DNA of 64,000 nt from Octopus sinensis. Taxonomy: Eukaryota. Where the stretch lies: contig NC_043005.1 in assembly GCF_006345805.1 (NCBI RefSeq), positions 27,528,001-27,592,000 on the forward strand, given 5' to 3'. The notes beneath the pieces were generated by a model. The model was not told where the DNA came from. It searched no databases and saw only the letters and a list, made by a program, of their open reading frames with translations. Made by a program: the position numbers and the translations under genes. Position 1 is the first letter of the stretch. Every line of letters begins with the position of its first letter. This document shows, piece after piece, positions 23,033-37,028 of this stretch.

Positions 23033-26000
23033 TGTATGACAGTGACAAACATTTACAACTATCATGTGTGCGCGTGTGTGTGTGTGTTATTTTTATTATT
23101 ATGATTTTAAACAGTCTGATTCAGCCCCATGCAACTTAAAGCTTTATAGGTTTCTTATGGAAACCTATCTCGTTGGGGTCAGTTAACCAAATGGAGTGTA
23201 GCAGGAAGTTGAAGATGGCTCAGTTTCCATCTACCAAATCCACTTATATGGCTTTGGTTAGCTCAGGGCTACAGTAGCAGACACTTGCCCACGAAGCAAT
23301 GAGGTGGCACTGAGCTCCAAACCACACAATTAGGAAGCAAACTTCTTAACCACAGAGCCACACCTGCAAATGGCATTCATCTCTTTGTCTTGGCATTGCA
23401 TGACAGTTCGAAATGATTTTCTGTTATACAAGCTGTGTCATTCATTCCCAACCTCCTGCAAAAATATGTCAAGCCAAGGTAAATATTATCTGGCTTGGTG
23501 AGCGATAATATTTACCAAGCCAGATAATCCCAAGGTGCGACTGCATGTGTAGGCCATGTTATGTTTCTGTGGAAGACATCACACATGTGATTACCAGCTG
23601 TCCTAAAATGTCGTCATGGTACTACCTCCCTCTGTGGCACGATGTTGTTGCTAAAACCAAGCCAGATAATATTTACCAAGCCAGGTGAGCGATAGCAACC
23701 AGAAGGACACCTGGCCATAGGAAATCTGTCTGAATAAGCCCCCTTCCAACCCATGCCAGCATGGAAAAGTGTTGAGGATGATGATAATGATGCGTGCTTG
23801 TATGTGTGTGTGTATACACGTATACGTTTGTGTCTTCTTCCTGTATGGATGATGACTGAAAACAAGGACAGCACCTTTAGAAACTTTGTCAAACTGACAA
23901 GTGATTTGTTTCTCAGCTTCTAAACTATTTTTTTGTTAATCATATGCTGTTGACAGTGCAGCAATAACCTTCACACAAATACACAGCAATACAGGAATGT
24001 GAAGTTAAATAAGGAGCTTCTACGTAGTCACTCAACCTGCTAGAAATAGCTGCCAAATCTCTCAAAACACATACTAATGTCTTTAAAAGGGGGAAGGAAA
24101 CAGATGCTGTTGTCCAAGATGTACAAAATGAAGGGACAGTCAACACTGGAAAGCTTTTCCTCATTGGTCAGCTCAGTCATTGCTGACCCAGAGCTACAAA
24201 ATATGTTCAAAGAAATCACAGTGGATCTCAAACATGGCTCCCATGGTTAATGCTGTTCAATGATTTCACTGAGTGGTGAGTCAGTCTATCATTTTATATT
24301 GAGGTTAGTTCTGATTTCATGACTGAAAGTGAAGGACAGATAAAGCTAACCACCACCATTCTTACACCCCATATATTAATACATACACCAACATTCATTA
24401 GATGGAAAGATGGTTAGATTATCTTAGATGACATTCCAAGGGAATCTTGCAGAATCTTTTCCATACGACTACAATAACTGAAAGCATAAAAAATGCACAG
24501 GAATATTAGATGCACCCTAATTTCAGTAGTGCATATGCAAGGAAAAGAATTTTAATGCATTAAAGCATATAACATAGATCTAACTTCACATACAGGACCT
24601 GGGAGTATTTTTTGAGACATGTTTTGGAAAAAAAAAAGTGCACCTTTTATACCATCAAATACAGCAACTTCACAAGATAACAGAATAATATCCTATTCTG
24701 AAATACTACCCCATTGTTTCTTAGTGTCCCTGTCCGTCTGTCCCTCTCTCTCTCCCTGTATCATGGGACCAATTAGCAAGGGAAACACCACGCAAACCTT
24801 ATTTGGAAGTATTCTGATTATCATCATCATTGTTATTATTTATTGCCGGAATCAGATGGACTTCATTAGGGCAGGTTTTCTTTGGGCGGATGCTCTTCCT
24901 GTTGCTGACCCTCACCTGTTTCCAAGCAAGGTAATATTTCCAATGCTGAGGCAATGACTTGAAAAGCTTCCCTAGGTTATATTGACTCCAGTCACTGTGG
25001 TGCTTATTTCATTGATTCCTATTCAGCAAACAGCTAAGTTAGCGTTTTTGATAAAGGGATGCAATTCAGTACAGGTTTTTCACAGGTGATCTGGCAAAGA
25101 AAGCTGTTTACCATTTTGCTCAACCCATGAGAAAAAACAACCAAATTTTTCTTCAGATCATACATCCTACTAACTTAAAACAAAATGACAGCATTAGAAA
25201 ATCTACTACAAATAGGCAGAGTGGTCAAAGCAGGAATGTCTTTGATCATAGATTTCTTTAAGCTCCATGTAAGCAACAAAAAGCACTCATTCAATATAAA
25301 AGTCACTCTAAGGCAGCAAGATGGCAGAAACGTTAGCATGCCGGGCTAAATGCTTAGCGGTATTTCATTTGTCTTTACATTCTGAGTTCAAATTCTACCG
25401 AGGTCGACTTTGCCTTTCATCCTTTTGGGGGGTTGATAAATTAAGTACCAGCTGCATACTGGGGTCGATCTAATCGACTGGTCCCCTCTTCAAAAATGTT
25501 GGGCCTTGTGCCTAGAGTAGAAAAGAATATTATTCCTAGTCGGCGAGCTGGCAGAAATGTTAGCATGCCAGGCGAAAAGCTTAGAGGTATTTCGTCTGTC
25601 TTTATGTTCTGAGTTCAAATTCTGCTGAAGTCGACTTTACCTTTCATTCTTTTGGGGTCAATAAATTAAGTACAATTTGCATACTGGGGTCGATCTAATT
25701 GACTGACCCCCTCCCCCAAAATTTTGGGCCTTGTGCCAAGAGTAGAAAAGAACATAAAAGCCTCTCTCTCTTTCCCCTCTCTCGCACATCATGCTAACCC
25801 TACTTCAGTTGCAGCCCTCAACTCATTGATATTGATTTCCCAAACATCTTGTGAATTAGGCACAAGACTAGGGAGGTCCTTTGAAGGGGAGGGGTGTAAG
25901 TTGATACCATCAACCCCAGCACATGAATGGTACTTTACTTTTATCAATCCCAAAAGGATGAAAGGTAAGGATGACTCTGAGTGGATAAATTTTTCACCTG

Positions 26001-27489
26001 TATTGCCATCCTAAATAAAATTGAGACTACCACAGAACCCCTGCGCCAGGGGTTGGCAACAATTGACCAGCTGGGGAGCTCTCTGTAAGCATCAGACTTT
26101 TTATAATAATTTTATACGTTAAATGTTTTGTGGAAAAGCTGGGATGGCTTTTAAAAAGTCTTTTGTGTTAGGATTTAATTTTTAACTCTCATTGTCAGAG
26201 AAATAGAAGGACAGGGAATTCACAGGGAAACGTTATACGAAAGACATGATTTAATGCTGGCAGTGCCCCAGCATGGCCACAGCTTTAGGATTGAAACATG
26301 TAAAAGAATAATAGAATAATAAGGTATTTCTAGGTCATGAGCAAATGTGAAAAAAAAAAAAGATAAGAAAAAAGTAGGTTGCCACAAATACAAGTTGATT
26401 GCCAATGCACCGAGTGATCGGCTGACCTGCCACAAACGACAACCAAATACCCTTAAATACACCCTACTATCTTAACAAAAGACAGGATAGTCATGGCTGG
26501 GATGCATTTGATCATAACAGCACATGGCTAAACAATAACCAATGTCTTTACATAACAAGTAAATCCGCCAAGATAACAAAACATGAGATAATGTAATTCT
26601 ACACACTGCTAAGTACCTGCCCTGCTTTTGATCACAGATTTGCATGATCAGGTTTTGACAGGAAGCCAAACAACAACAACAACAACAACACACACATATA
26701 TACATAAATACATACGTGTGTGTGTGTATGTGTGTGTGTAGGTAGGTAGGTATGCGTTCGTTAAATGTGGAAAGCTTGAAACTGCTGAATCAGCATTTAG
26801 TAACTGACAGCTTGAACTAGAAATATCTGACTCAGCGGTTTCTCGGTTTCTCGGTTACGCAGACATCATCAGTCAGGCAGAGGCACAGCAGTCGATACAA
26901 TCTTGTTCGTAGCTGTCACAGTTATGCAAACAGTGTGTGTGTGTGTGTGTGTGAGCATATGCATGCTTAGAAATGTATGAAAGCTGATTAGGAAAGACTG
27001 AACAGGTAAAGACAAAAGGAGGTGAGATAAATAAAAAAAAAATTAAGAATGTACACAGTAAAATGTGAACATAGTAATAAGAATGATTAAAATTAGAGCT
27101 TAATCGGAGAATAGATAACGAATGTTTTATAATATGCATGAGTGTGTGCACTACTGCACACATGTCTATGCGCATCTTTACACACACACACACACACACC
27201 ATCACTTTAACATATACTTTTCTATGCCCACATGGGGCTGGTGAGAATTCATTAGGGCAGATTTTCTATAGCCAGATGCCCTTCCTGTTGCTAACCCACA
27301 CCTGTTTCCAAGTAAAGTATTTTTTTTCCCCACGACCAAACGGATTTCCACAGATGATTTGAAACGAATAACAACACTTGTATGGCAATTAAACTCATTC
27401 ACAATGAGCAAATTATATCAAGACAAGACAAAAATACAACCAAACACATGCATCTATACATACACATTTAAATACATATGCATGCGAGC

Positions 27490-27700
27490 CAGGGCTGTGG
27501 AGACGAAACAAAAACTTTGACTCCGACTCCTCTTTATGTAATTAAGTGATTGTGGTCTACATATCTCATAAAGCATACGCATACGTTTGTGTTATAACTG
27601 GTTTATATTAAAGAATAAAGATTTTTTGAGTCAGAATCAGAGTTGGTATACTTTTACGGACTCCGATTCCAGATACCCCTTAACTGTTTCCGACTCCACA
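27490..27700. mobile_element. Decayed MITE with CAGGGCTGTGGAG terminus and CCGACTCC motifs
   Basis: Left end CCAGGGCTGTGGAG and repeated (T)CCGACTCC motifs; the right end is eroded. Confidence 0.45.
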
Positions 27701-30009
27701 CAAGTGTATTACAATATCTATATAAACACACACAAGTATTTTAATATATACACATAAAAGTGACACACAGAGTGTATTGTAACGCACACACACGTCTATT
27801 ATATGTATATATATATATATTATATATATATATATATATAGACACACACACAGGTGTGACTTGTTTCAGTTGCCATCCACCAAATACACTCATCCAGAGA
27901 GCTTATGGAGTCAAATGAAACCCCAAACCTTGTGGATGGACACACACACACACAGGTATGCATAAGTACATCTTTATTTTTTTACCTTTTTTTTTTCTAT
28001 TTCAGTCATTAGATTGTGGCCATGCAGGGGCACCACCTTGAAGAAATTTGGTGAAATGAATTGACTTCAGGACTTATGTTTATCAACCCCTTTTGGTGAA
28101 CCGCTAAGTTACAGGGACGTTAAAAATACCAACACCGGTTGTCAAATAGTAGTGGGAGAGAAATACAAACACTACCGGCATTCCATCAGTTATGACAACG
28201 AGGGTTCCAGTCGATCCAACCAACGGAACAGCCTGCTCGTATAATTAATATGCTAGTGGCTGAACACCCCACAGACATGCTTACGCTTAACATAATTCTC
28301 AGGGAGATTCAGTATGACACAGAATATGACAAAGCGGGCCCCTTTGTATAACAGCTACAACTGGAGCAATGCAAAATAAAGTGTCTTGCTGAAGGACAAA
28401 CACAATGCACCACAAGAAATTGAACTCCTGACCTTACGATCATGAGCTAATTACCCTAACTACTAAGCCACATGCCTTCTCATAACACACACACATATGA
28501 CAGTTTCCATTTACTAAATCCATTAGCAAGGCTTTGGTCGGCCCGAGGCTATAGCTGAAGACACTTGCCCAAGGTGCCATGCAGTGGGACTGAACTTGGA
28601 ACAATCTTCTTATCATACAGCCATATATCATCATCATCATCATTTAACAACCGCCTTCCATACTGGCATGGGTGATATATATATATCATCATCATAGTTT
28701 AACATGAGCTTTCCATGCTGGCATGGGTGGGATGGTTTGACAAGAGCTGGCCAGGTAGAAGCTTGCACCAGACTTCTGTAACTGTTTTGGCAGGATTTTT
28801 ACAGCTGGATGCCCTTCCTAACACCAACCACTCAGCAATGTGGACTTAGTGCTTTTTACATGGTACAAGCACAGGCAAGGTTTTTACAGCTGGATGCCCT
28901 TCCAAATGCCAACCACTTTACAGTGTAGACTGGGTGCTTTTGAGTGGCACCTGCACTGACAGGGTCACCAAGTAACTTGCAAGACGAAAAAATCTCTTTT
29001 GAGAGGAGAGGGGACAAGTAAAAGATAAAATATATATAAATCCTTAAAAATCCTTAAAAATGTTTTAGCCCGAAGGCCGCGGCCATGCTGGGGCACCACC
29101 GCTGTATATATATATATATATATATATATTTTATCTTTTACTTGTTTCAGTCATTATACTGTAGCCATGCTGGGGCATTGCCTTGAACTTTTGTCAAATG
29201 AATTGGCCCCAGTACTTCTTTTTTGAACCTGGTACAATTCTATCAGTTTTTTTAACTGAACTGCTAAGTTACAGGGGATGTAAACACACCAACACCAGTT
29301 GTCAAGTAGTCATGGGGAAACAAACACAGACAGAAACACACACATACATATATATACACGATGAGCTTCTTTCAGTTTCCATTTATCAAATACACCCACA
29401 AGGCTTTGGTTGGCCTGAGACTGTAGAAGAAAGCATTTGCCCAAGATGCCAGACAGTGGGACTGAACCCACAGTCATGTAGTTGGGAAGTAAGCTTCTAA
29501 CCACTCAGCCACACCTGCGCCTATGTGTGTGTGGTGGGGGTGCACGCGTATGTATCAAGCCATATCCATCACTCGCAAAAGAGCATACCACATTAGCATG
29601 CACCATGCTTTCACTCATTGGTTTAGATTTCCTTGTAGACTTCAACAGATGCAACCACTTGTCAGCCCCTTCATTCTAAACCCAGCAAACAGGTGAATGG
29701 TTAGTAAAATTACCTCCCCAAGGCTAGTACCATAAAATGACCAGCACACACTACAAAGTGATTTAGCAGATGAGCAGAGAAAGTGTAGGATTGTAATTCT
29801 CTTTTGTCCTGTCTTGCCATTATTCAGGCCCTCTCTCGAGTTGGTGCCATGAGAAAAAACGCCCTGTGCAAAGTGGTTAGTGATAAGAAGAACCTCACAC
29901 AGTAGAAACCAAGTCAGATGACCTGGATGAGAAGCACTAGCTTCCGAAATAAGTAACTCATACCATCTTGATCTGTCCAACCCATGAAAAGCATATAAAT
30001 CAGATGAAA

Positions 30010-30430
30010 AAAATGTTTGTGTGTGTGGTTTTCCACAACATTTCATCTTCTCACTATCTCTTCTTGTCTTTCTTCTCTCACACCTTTCTTTCCTTCAATG
30101 ATCCTGTCAGAATTCCTCCCCACCCAAGTCTACTCCTCCCTTCTTTTCCTCTTTTGTTCACACCTTCCACTCATATTCACCCTGTTCATACAACCCATCC
30201 CATTATCTTTCCACTCCCTACACATTTGGCTCAGTAACCTGATACTAATCCCTACTCTTTCTCTTATTTCCTTCCATACACCCCTTCACTTAGCACCTTC
30301 ACTGTTACCCTGTAACTCCCTTCACTACCACCTTATTGCAATTATAAAGCTTTTCTTCTCATCCTACTTTAATCCCCCACCCTGCATCACCCTGCCTAGA
30401 ATCACCAGACACACACTCTCTTCTATCATT
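30010..30430 (-). mobile_element. Heavily decayed RTE LINE 3' fragment
   Basis: Pyrimidine-rich segment loosely colinear with 62700-63100. Confidence 0.45.
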
Positions 30431-31036
30431 TCTCAGTTACAGGGCCCACTTTAGGACCTTAGCCTTGCAAGTTATGAAGTGGCCTTCAGGAGAGCTGGTA
30501 CCATAAAGAAAAGCACCCAGTATGTTCTGTAAAATGGTTGGCAATAAGAAGCTCATCCAGCCATAGAAACCATGCCAATGTAAACTCATTCCAACTCATT
30601 GGATGTTGAATGACCAACCCATACTAGCATGGAGGCTGCACATATTTATGATGATAACAGTTTCAGCTTCAATCCCACTACATGGAAACTTTAGCAAGTA
30701 TTTTCCACTATTGGCTCAAGGCCAACCAAAAATTCAATCATTTTCAATATTCTATAAAAACATGGCTTGGCATAGGGAAACAGATGAGGGCTCATGTCAG
30801 GGAAAACAGCCAGCCATAGGAAACTTCGTCATCCTTTTTCATTCTTTGGACTCTTCCCTTTTTCCTTTCTGATAAAGAGCTATGCTCAAAATATCAAAAA
30901 CCCTGTCTTTTTACTGAACATCTAACTAATACATTCCTTGTTGCCTGTTATTGTTAATTTTAACGTTCGTTTACTTGATTTGACTATATATATATGTATG
31001 TATGTATGTATATATTCAACATAAACATAACGTCAC

Positions 31037-31075
31037 AAGAAATTTGAAAAGCTAAATGCGAAACTGGTCTTTCTT
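31037..31075 (+). ncRNA. Minimal type I hammerhead ribozyme motif, U3-A8 core variant
   Basis: AAGAAA-U-UUGAAAA-GC UAAAU GC-GAAAC-UG-GUC-UUUCUU: a 6-bp stem I, GUC cleavage triplet, and self-complementary stem III ACUGGU. Confidence 0.6.
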
Positions 31076-31249
31076 TAAAAATTATGTCATTATAAGGGGA
31101 AAAAAATTTTTTTTTTAAATTTTCTAATATTCTTCAGACATATTGACGCAAATATATATATTTTTTAACATTCAAGCCTTCTGTCGTTTTCTCACTCTTT
31201 ACTATTTTTTATATATTCACCCACGTGCTTTCACAAACCAACTTTCTTA

Positions 31250-31291
<42 letters not shown>

Positions 31292-31691
31292 AAATAAAAC
31301 ATGCATATATACATATATATATATATATACAATAAATAAAACATATGCATATATACATATATGTACGTACCTACCTCTACATGTATATATACATGCATAT
31401 ATGGGTACAGGACACCAAAAAAACGTCGAACACAATGAAAAACGAAAACATAAACACAAAACCAAGGAATTGGACATTTTTCTTAAGCAACGAAAAAATA
31501 GAGTACAGGACATACAATACAAGGAAAATTCCCCTTCTTCAGTCGCCTATGTTTCATCTACTCCGCGTTTCGAAGGTCAAGGCGTGACACGACTTCAATA
31601 AAAAGCACATAAATGCAAAGCAAGGTGGAAAAAATAATACTCAAATACTCAATAGAGTATGTTTTTCATTAAAGATGAAAACATTTTCACA

Positions 31692-31733
31692 AACTGTTAC
31701 TTAGAGTTTAACACTACCATTCATCAGACAGTT
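31692..31733 (-). pseudogene. Decayed hammerhead motif, same family as 13420-13459
   Basis: AACUGU CUGAUGA AUG GUAG UGU UAAAC UC U AA GUA ACAGUU. Stem I is perfect and GAAA is mutated to UAAA. Flanking 31601-31690 matches 13320-13420. Confidence 0.6.
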
Positions 31734-31784
31734 GTTAACATACTCTACATCTATACACACACACATATATATTGCTGACGTGGA

Positions 31785-32237
31785 TGATGATAGTACCACC
31801 TGATTGGCACTCATGCCAATGGAATGTTATAAGCACATTTGAGTGTGATTGTTGCCAGGGCCATGGATTGGCTCCCATGTCGGTGACACGTGAAAAGCAC
31901 CATTCGAGCATGATTGATGCCAGTGTCGCTTTACTGGCATATGAAAACAACATTCAAGTGTGGTCGTTGCCAGTGCCGCCGAACTGACTCCCATGCAGGT
32001 AACACATAAAAACACCTTCTGAGCGTAGTTAGTACCAGAACCGCCTAACTGGCCCTCGTGCCAGTGGCACATAAAAGCACCCACTACACTCGTGGAATGG
32101 TTGGCGTTGGGAAGGGTATTCAGCTGTAGAAACTTTGCCAGATCAGATTGAGCCTGGTGCAGCCTCTGGCTCACCAGCCCTCAGTCAAACCGTCCAACCC
32201 ATGCCAGCATGGAAAGCGGACTTAAAATGATGATGAT
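31785..32237 (+). mobile_element. SINE family C copy with internal ~55-60-bp tandem subunits
   Basis: Four to five degenerate repeats of GATTGGCTCCCATGCCGGTGGCACGTAAAAAGCACC precede the RTE-type tail. Confidence 0.8.
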
Positions 32238-33087
32238 TATAAATATATATATTATATATATTCAAATATGAATGAGAAGCAGGTGAAGGGATATAAACAC
32301 ACATAGAAAGGTATGTATTCTGCGAGTTGGTGAACTGGCTGTGATTATAGGTGTGAAAGAACATATTTACATATTCTCATCAATTCACTTGGTGTTAAAA
32401 CACCTGAAAGTCACAGACAAGCTAGATAACTCACATCAGACCCCATTCAGAAGTGACAGACATTAATGTCTCGTCATCTTTTTGACTTCTCAATACCACA
32501 TACCCCCATTTCAGGCATGTAGTATTGACAGGTCACACAGATGATGAAACATTAATGTCTACCACACGTGTAACAGAACCTGATGCAAGTTATCTCACTT
32601 GTCTATGACTTTTAGAGGTTTTAACACAAGGCAGATTGATGAGGTATTTTCTCATGCTTATAACTGCAGCCAACCCAAGAACTGGTAAAACATAACTTGT
32701 GCATGTGTGTTGCATATTGTTTATATCATCATCATCGTTTAGCGTCCGTTTTCCATGCTAGCATGGGTTGGACGGTTCTACTGGGGTCTGTGAAGCCAGA
32801 AGGCTTCATCAGGCCCAGTCAAATCTGGCAGTGTTTCTACGGCTGGATGCCCTTCCTAACGCCAACCACTCCGTGAGTGTAGTGGGTGCTTTTTACGTGC
32901 CACCCGTACATGTGCCAGACAGAGCTGGCAAACGGCCACGAACGGATGGTGCTTTTTATGTGCCACCGGCACGAGGGCCAGGCGAGGCTGGCAATGGACA
33001 CGAACGGATGGTGCTTTTTACGTGCCATCGGCACGAGGCCAGTCAGGGCAGTGCTGGCAACGGTCGCGAAACGGAAGGTTCTCTTAC

Positions 33088-33620
33088 ATGAAGTGATTTC
33101 ATTACGCAATATTTTGATACGGAAAAACAATAAAAAACTCCAGCTAAGTCACAAGTATTTACTCACAATCAATTTTTATTCCCTGTCTTACAAGTGTTCA
33201 ATGTGGCCACCACCTGCAGCACAGCAAACATCAATGCGATAAGAGAATTCCTCCCAGACACGTATCAGCATATCAAAAGCAAGTTCATTGTGGAACTAAA
33301 GAATAAAATTGCTTTGGCTTGAGGCAATTCCAGAAGATATTGACATAGAATGGAAATGGAAAAAACTTTGATAAAGCATTCAACTAGACAGCCAAAGAAG
33401 TACTCAGTGGATCGTGATATGCTGATACACGTCTGGGAGGAATTCTCTTACCACATTGATGTTGCCCGTGCTGCAGGTGGTGGCCACATTGAACACTTGT
33501 AAGACAGGAAATAAAAGTTGACTGTGAGTAAATACTTGTGACTTAACTGGAGTTTTCTATTGCTTTTCCTTATTAAAATATTGCGTAACGAAATCGGTTC
33601 ATTCTTTTTGAATAACCCTG
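33088..33620. mobile_element. Tc1/mariner-derived fold-back element carrying a transposase C-terminus in both arms
   Basis: Inverted arms 33088-33275 and 33415-33602. The right end AATAACCCTG is followed by TA. The plus frame encodes SVDRDMLIHVWEEFSYHIDVARAAGGGHIEHL*, resembling the GGxHIEHL end of maT/rosa-type transposases. Confidence 0.8.
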
Positions 33621-33646
33621 TATATATGTATGTATATATGTATATA

Positions 33647-33695
<49 letters not shown>

Positions 33696-34785
33696 AATGA
33701 CTAACAGGAAACATTTCAGATGAGAGTTTCTGTTAATATATATCAATATAAAAATGTCTTATTCAATAGCGCTGATAATATAAAACATTCATCACACTAT
33801 TTTCCGTGTGTGCACTTCAAGCTTAGCAAATTTCTCGAATTTTAAACACTTCAACAACAATGTGAATAGTAAACATTGTTTTCGGTGCACATGTACCAAA
33901 GTGGTCGTATATAAACTGACTTTTTTCTTTTCTTTTTTTTTTTTCTTTAACTAAATTTCACAAATCTATTCCTGGTGTAGACACAAAACCCAAGATTTCT
34001 GAAAGAATGGTAATGGTGAAAATATAAGAGTGTGTGGTGTTCATAATTTTCTTGTGGGCGTAAGTGAGGTAAGTGTAGTGGGATATATATAAAAAAAAAA
34101 AAATTGAAATCCAGATCAGTGACTGCGTCTACCATTATTTAATGTCTGCACAACAACACGAGGGTTTCTCCCCCCCCCCCCCCAATAATAGTAAACTAAT
34201 CGCTTCATTATCTGTCTCGTCTTAATGCTGATGTAGCACTAACTTCAGAGTTCATATGCCACTGGTGTTAATTTTGACTTTTGTGTCCGGGGATCGATAA
34301 AATAAATATCAGTCACGTTCTGAATTCGATTCTGTGGCCATGTTAAACAAAAAGCTAAAGGGCCGAGTAGGGAAGATGCCTGACATGTTCATTTGCCAAG
34401 ACTATTCGTGTTTTGACTCCAGATCTTAGGGTTTATTTATACAGGAAGTTAAATGAAACTGTCATGAGATGTACACCTCTCTCGGCCTGGTATTGAGGAA
34501 AGAAATAGGAGTAGTTTACGACTACAATCTGAATGCTATACCCCGAATACGGGGACTCGACTCAATGACATTCATCGAACATACACATATAGTTGCTTCA
34601 CTATACAATGTATTCTTTTCAGTCTTACGGTTTTATGAAAATTTAGCTAACATTTCCAACAAGCCGAATGACCAGTTAGAGTTACCTTCTTTGGCTCAAG
34701 ACGCTAATATTTTATCATGGGACAGTGACGAAAATGCGACTCCATGGTAGATCATACCTTGCAATATGAATATCCGGATGCATTG

Positions 34786-34836
<51 letters not shown>

Positions 34837-34839
34837 CAT

Positions 34840-34879
34840 AACTGTCCGATGAACGGTAACGTGAAACTATTTAACAGTT
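34840..34879 (+). pseudogene. Decayed hammerhead motif, same family as 13420-13459
   Basis: AACUGU CCGAUGA ACG GUAA CGU GAAAC UAUUUA ACAGUU. Stems I and II are intact, the core has U4C, and stem III is damaged. Confidence 0.55.
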
Positions 34880-35992
34880 TGTGAAGATTTTTTTCAGCTT
34901 TAATAAATATAATTTAGTAAACATATAATTTTTATGGATATCTACAGTCGGTTTACGTAGATATGTATAGTCAACTGAATTTATTGAAACAAAATAATAA
35001 CAATTATAATAATTAATTCCAGCAGCATTTTTTTTTGACGTACCTTTTTGAGTCTACCGGACCTTGATAACTTCGAAAGACGCTTATTGCTGGCCATATG
35101 AAGCAGACTTTTAATGTTCTTTTCGTCTATAAACTCTAAATTGTTGTCTTAGTGGTTCAATGTTCTTGTGATAACGGTCCTTCAATAAATAAATAAATAA
35201 ATATAAGTATTTTTATCTACATCTATTCTAAATATACATAAATATATACATGTATGTACGTATAGATAGATAGATAGACAGATAGATACATAGATTTCCT
35301 AGCGTTAATTTCTTTTACAGTAGAGGAAGCTAGAAGACACGAAAATCCTATAATATAACGAAATATGATAACTGTATTACAATATTTCTAGAGCTTCTCA
35401 CCAATTATAATAATTCAGTGATGTGGTGTGGTCCAATGTTTACAAAATTTCGCACCGAAATACAGGATGTCATTTAACACCGCTTCGTTCAAAGACACCA
35501 TGTATATTCATCGCCACCTTTAGCATTTAACTTTTTGGCAACTTTATTACTCTTTGTGTGTGTGTTTTTCTAGTTTAATTCAGAGTTTATTATTAGTTGT
35601 AATAATTTTCAGTTGAGTATCTTGTTTATATTTCTTAAACAACTTAATGATAAACGTTTGAGATATACAGGTGGTGATGTTACGAAAAGTTATAGATAAA
35701 GCTGTACAATAGATGAAACTGAAAGTGGATATTAACTATTAAGTCGGTAAGTTCGGGCTTTGGAAAATTATATATTTATATATATGTATAATATATATAT
35801 ATATATATATAGCGATCTTACGGTTTATATATTTATATATATGTTTGTGTGTGTGTGTGTGATGAGTTAATTGTTTTTTTTATTGTATTATTTTGTTGAG
35901 TCACCTTTAATTATTTTTATTTTGTATGGTTTCCATAGAAATCATTTCGTGAGCAGCGTGAAATATTGCATTTATCTCTCTTTCTCTCTCTC

Positions 35993-36038
<46 letters not shown>

Positions 36039-36060
36039 TAGATAGATAGATATATAGATA

Positions 36061-36515
36061 TAGAGAGAGAGATTTAAGTCATAATATATGGATCACGTAA
36101 TCCAGCAGTACTCATAAAAACAGTTGCTTAATGTATCGTCCTACAAAACATATTCAATGTATAGCACGATACAAGGGAAAATGATAAGGAGTGTATATGA
36201 TAATATAAGTTATTTGCATGTTTTTGAGTTACGAAACAAATTTGTCGTGAGATTTGAATTTTCTTCTCTTTTTTGTTAATAAATGTCCATCTATATATTT
36301 CCCATTTTCCTAAGATTGCCCTAACTTTTTTTGCAATTAAGCGTCATTTTCTTGGAGAGGTGCGTTTCTAAAGAAGCTCCCCCCCCCCATATATATATAT
36401 GTGTGTGCGTATGTATGTATGTATATAGTTAATCAAGAAACATATATCAGAAAGAAGCCGAAGCACACTCTAAAAAATAGACTAGTAATTATTACAATGG
36501 TATAAAATTTTGTTG

Positions 36516-36548
<33 letters not shown>

Positions 36549-37028
36549 TAGATAGATATAGATATATATATAGAGAGAGAGATTTAAGTCATAATATATG
36601 GATCACGTAATCCAGCAGTACTCATAAAAACAGTTGCTTAATGTATCGTCCTACAAAACATATTCAATGTATAGCACGATACAAGGGAAAATGATAAGGA
36701 GTGTATATGATAATATAAGTTATTTGCATGTTTTTGAGTTACGAAACAAATTTGTCGTGAGATTTGAATTTTCTTCTCTTTTTTGTTAAATAAATGTCCA
36801 TCTATATATTTCCCATTTTCCTAAGATTGCCCTAACTTTTTTTGCAATTAAGCGTCATTTTCTTGGAGAGGTGCGTTTCTAAAGAAGCTCCCCCCCCCCA
36901 TATATATATATGTGTGTGCGTATGTATGTATGTATATAGTTAATCAAGAAACATATATCAGAAAGAAGCCGAAGCACACTCTAAAAAATAGACTAGTAAT
37001 TATTACAATGGTATAAAATTTTGTTGTA

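Noticed and set aside
31510-31580. CUGAAGA plus stem, with GAAACGCG upstream, on the minus strand
   Set aside because: The order and pairing do not assemble into a valid hammerhead; no GAAA follows stem II.
34469-34750. 93-aa non-repetitive ORF with an internal acceptor
   Set aside because: No recognisable homology or strong donor; length is compatible with chance.
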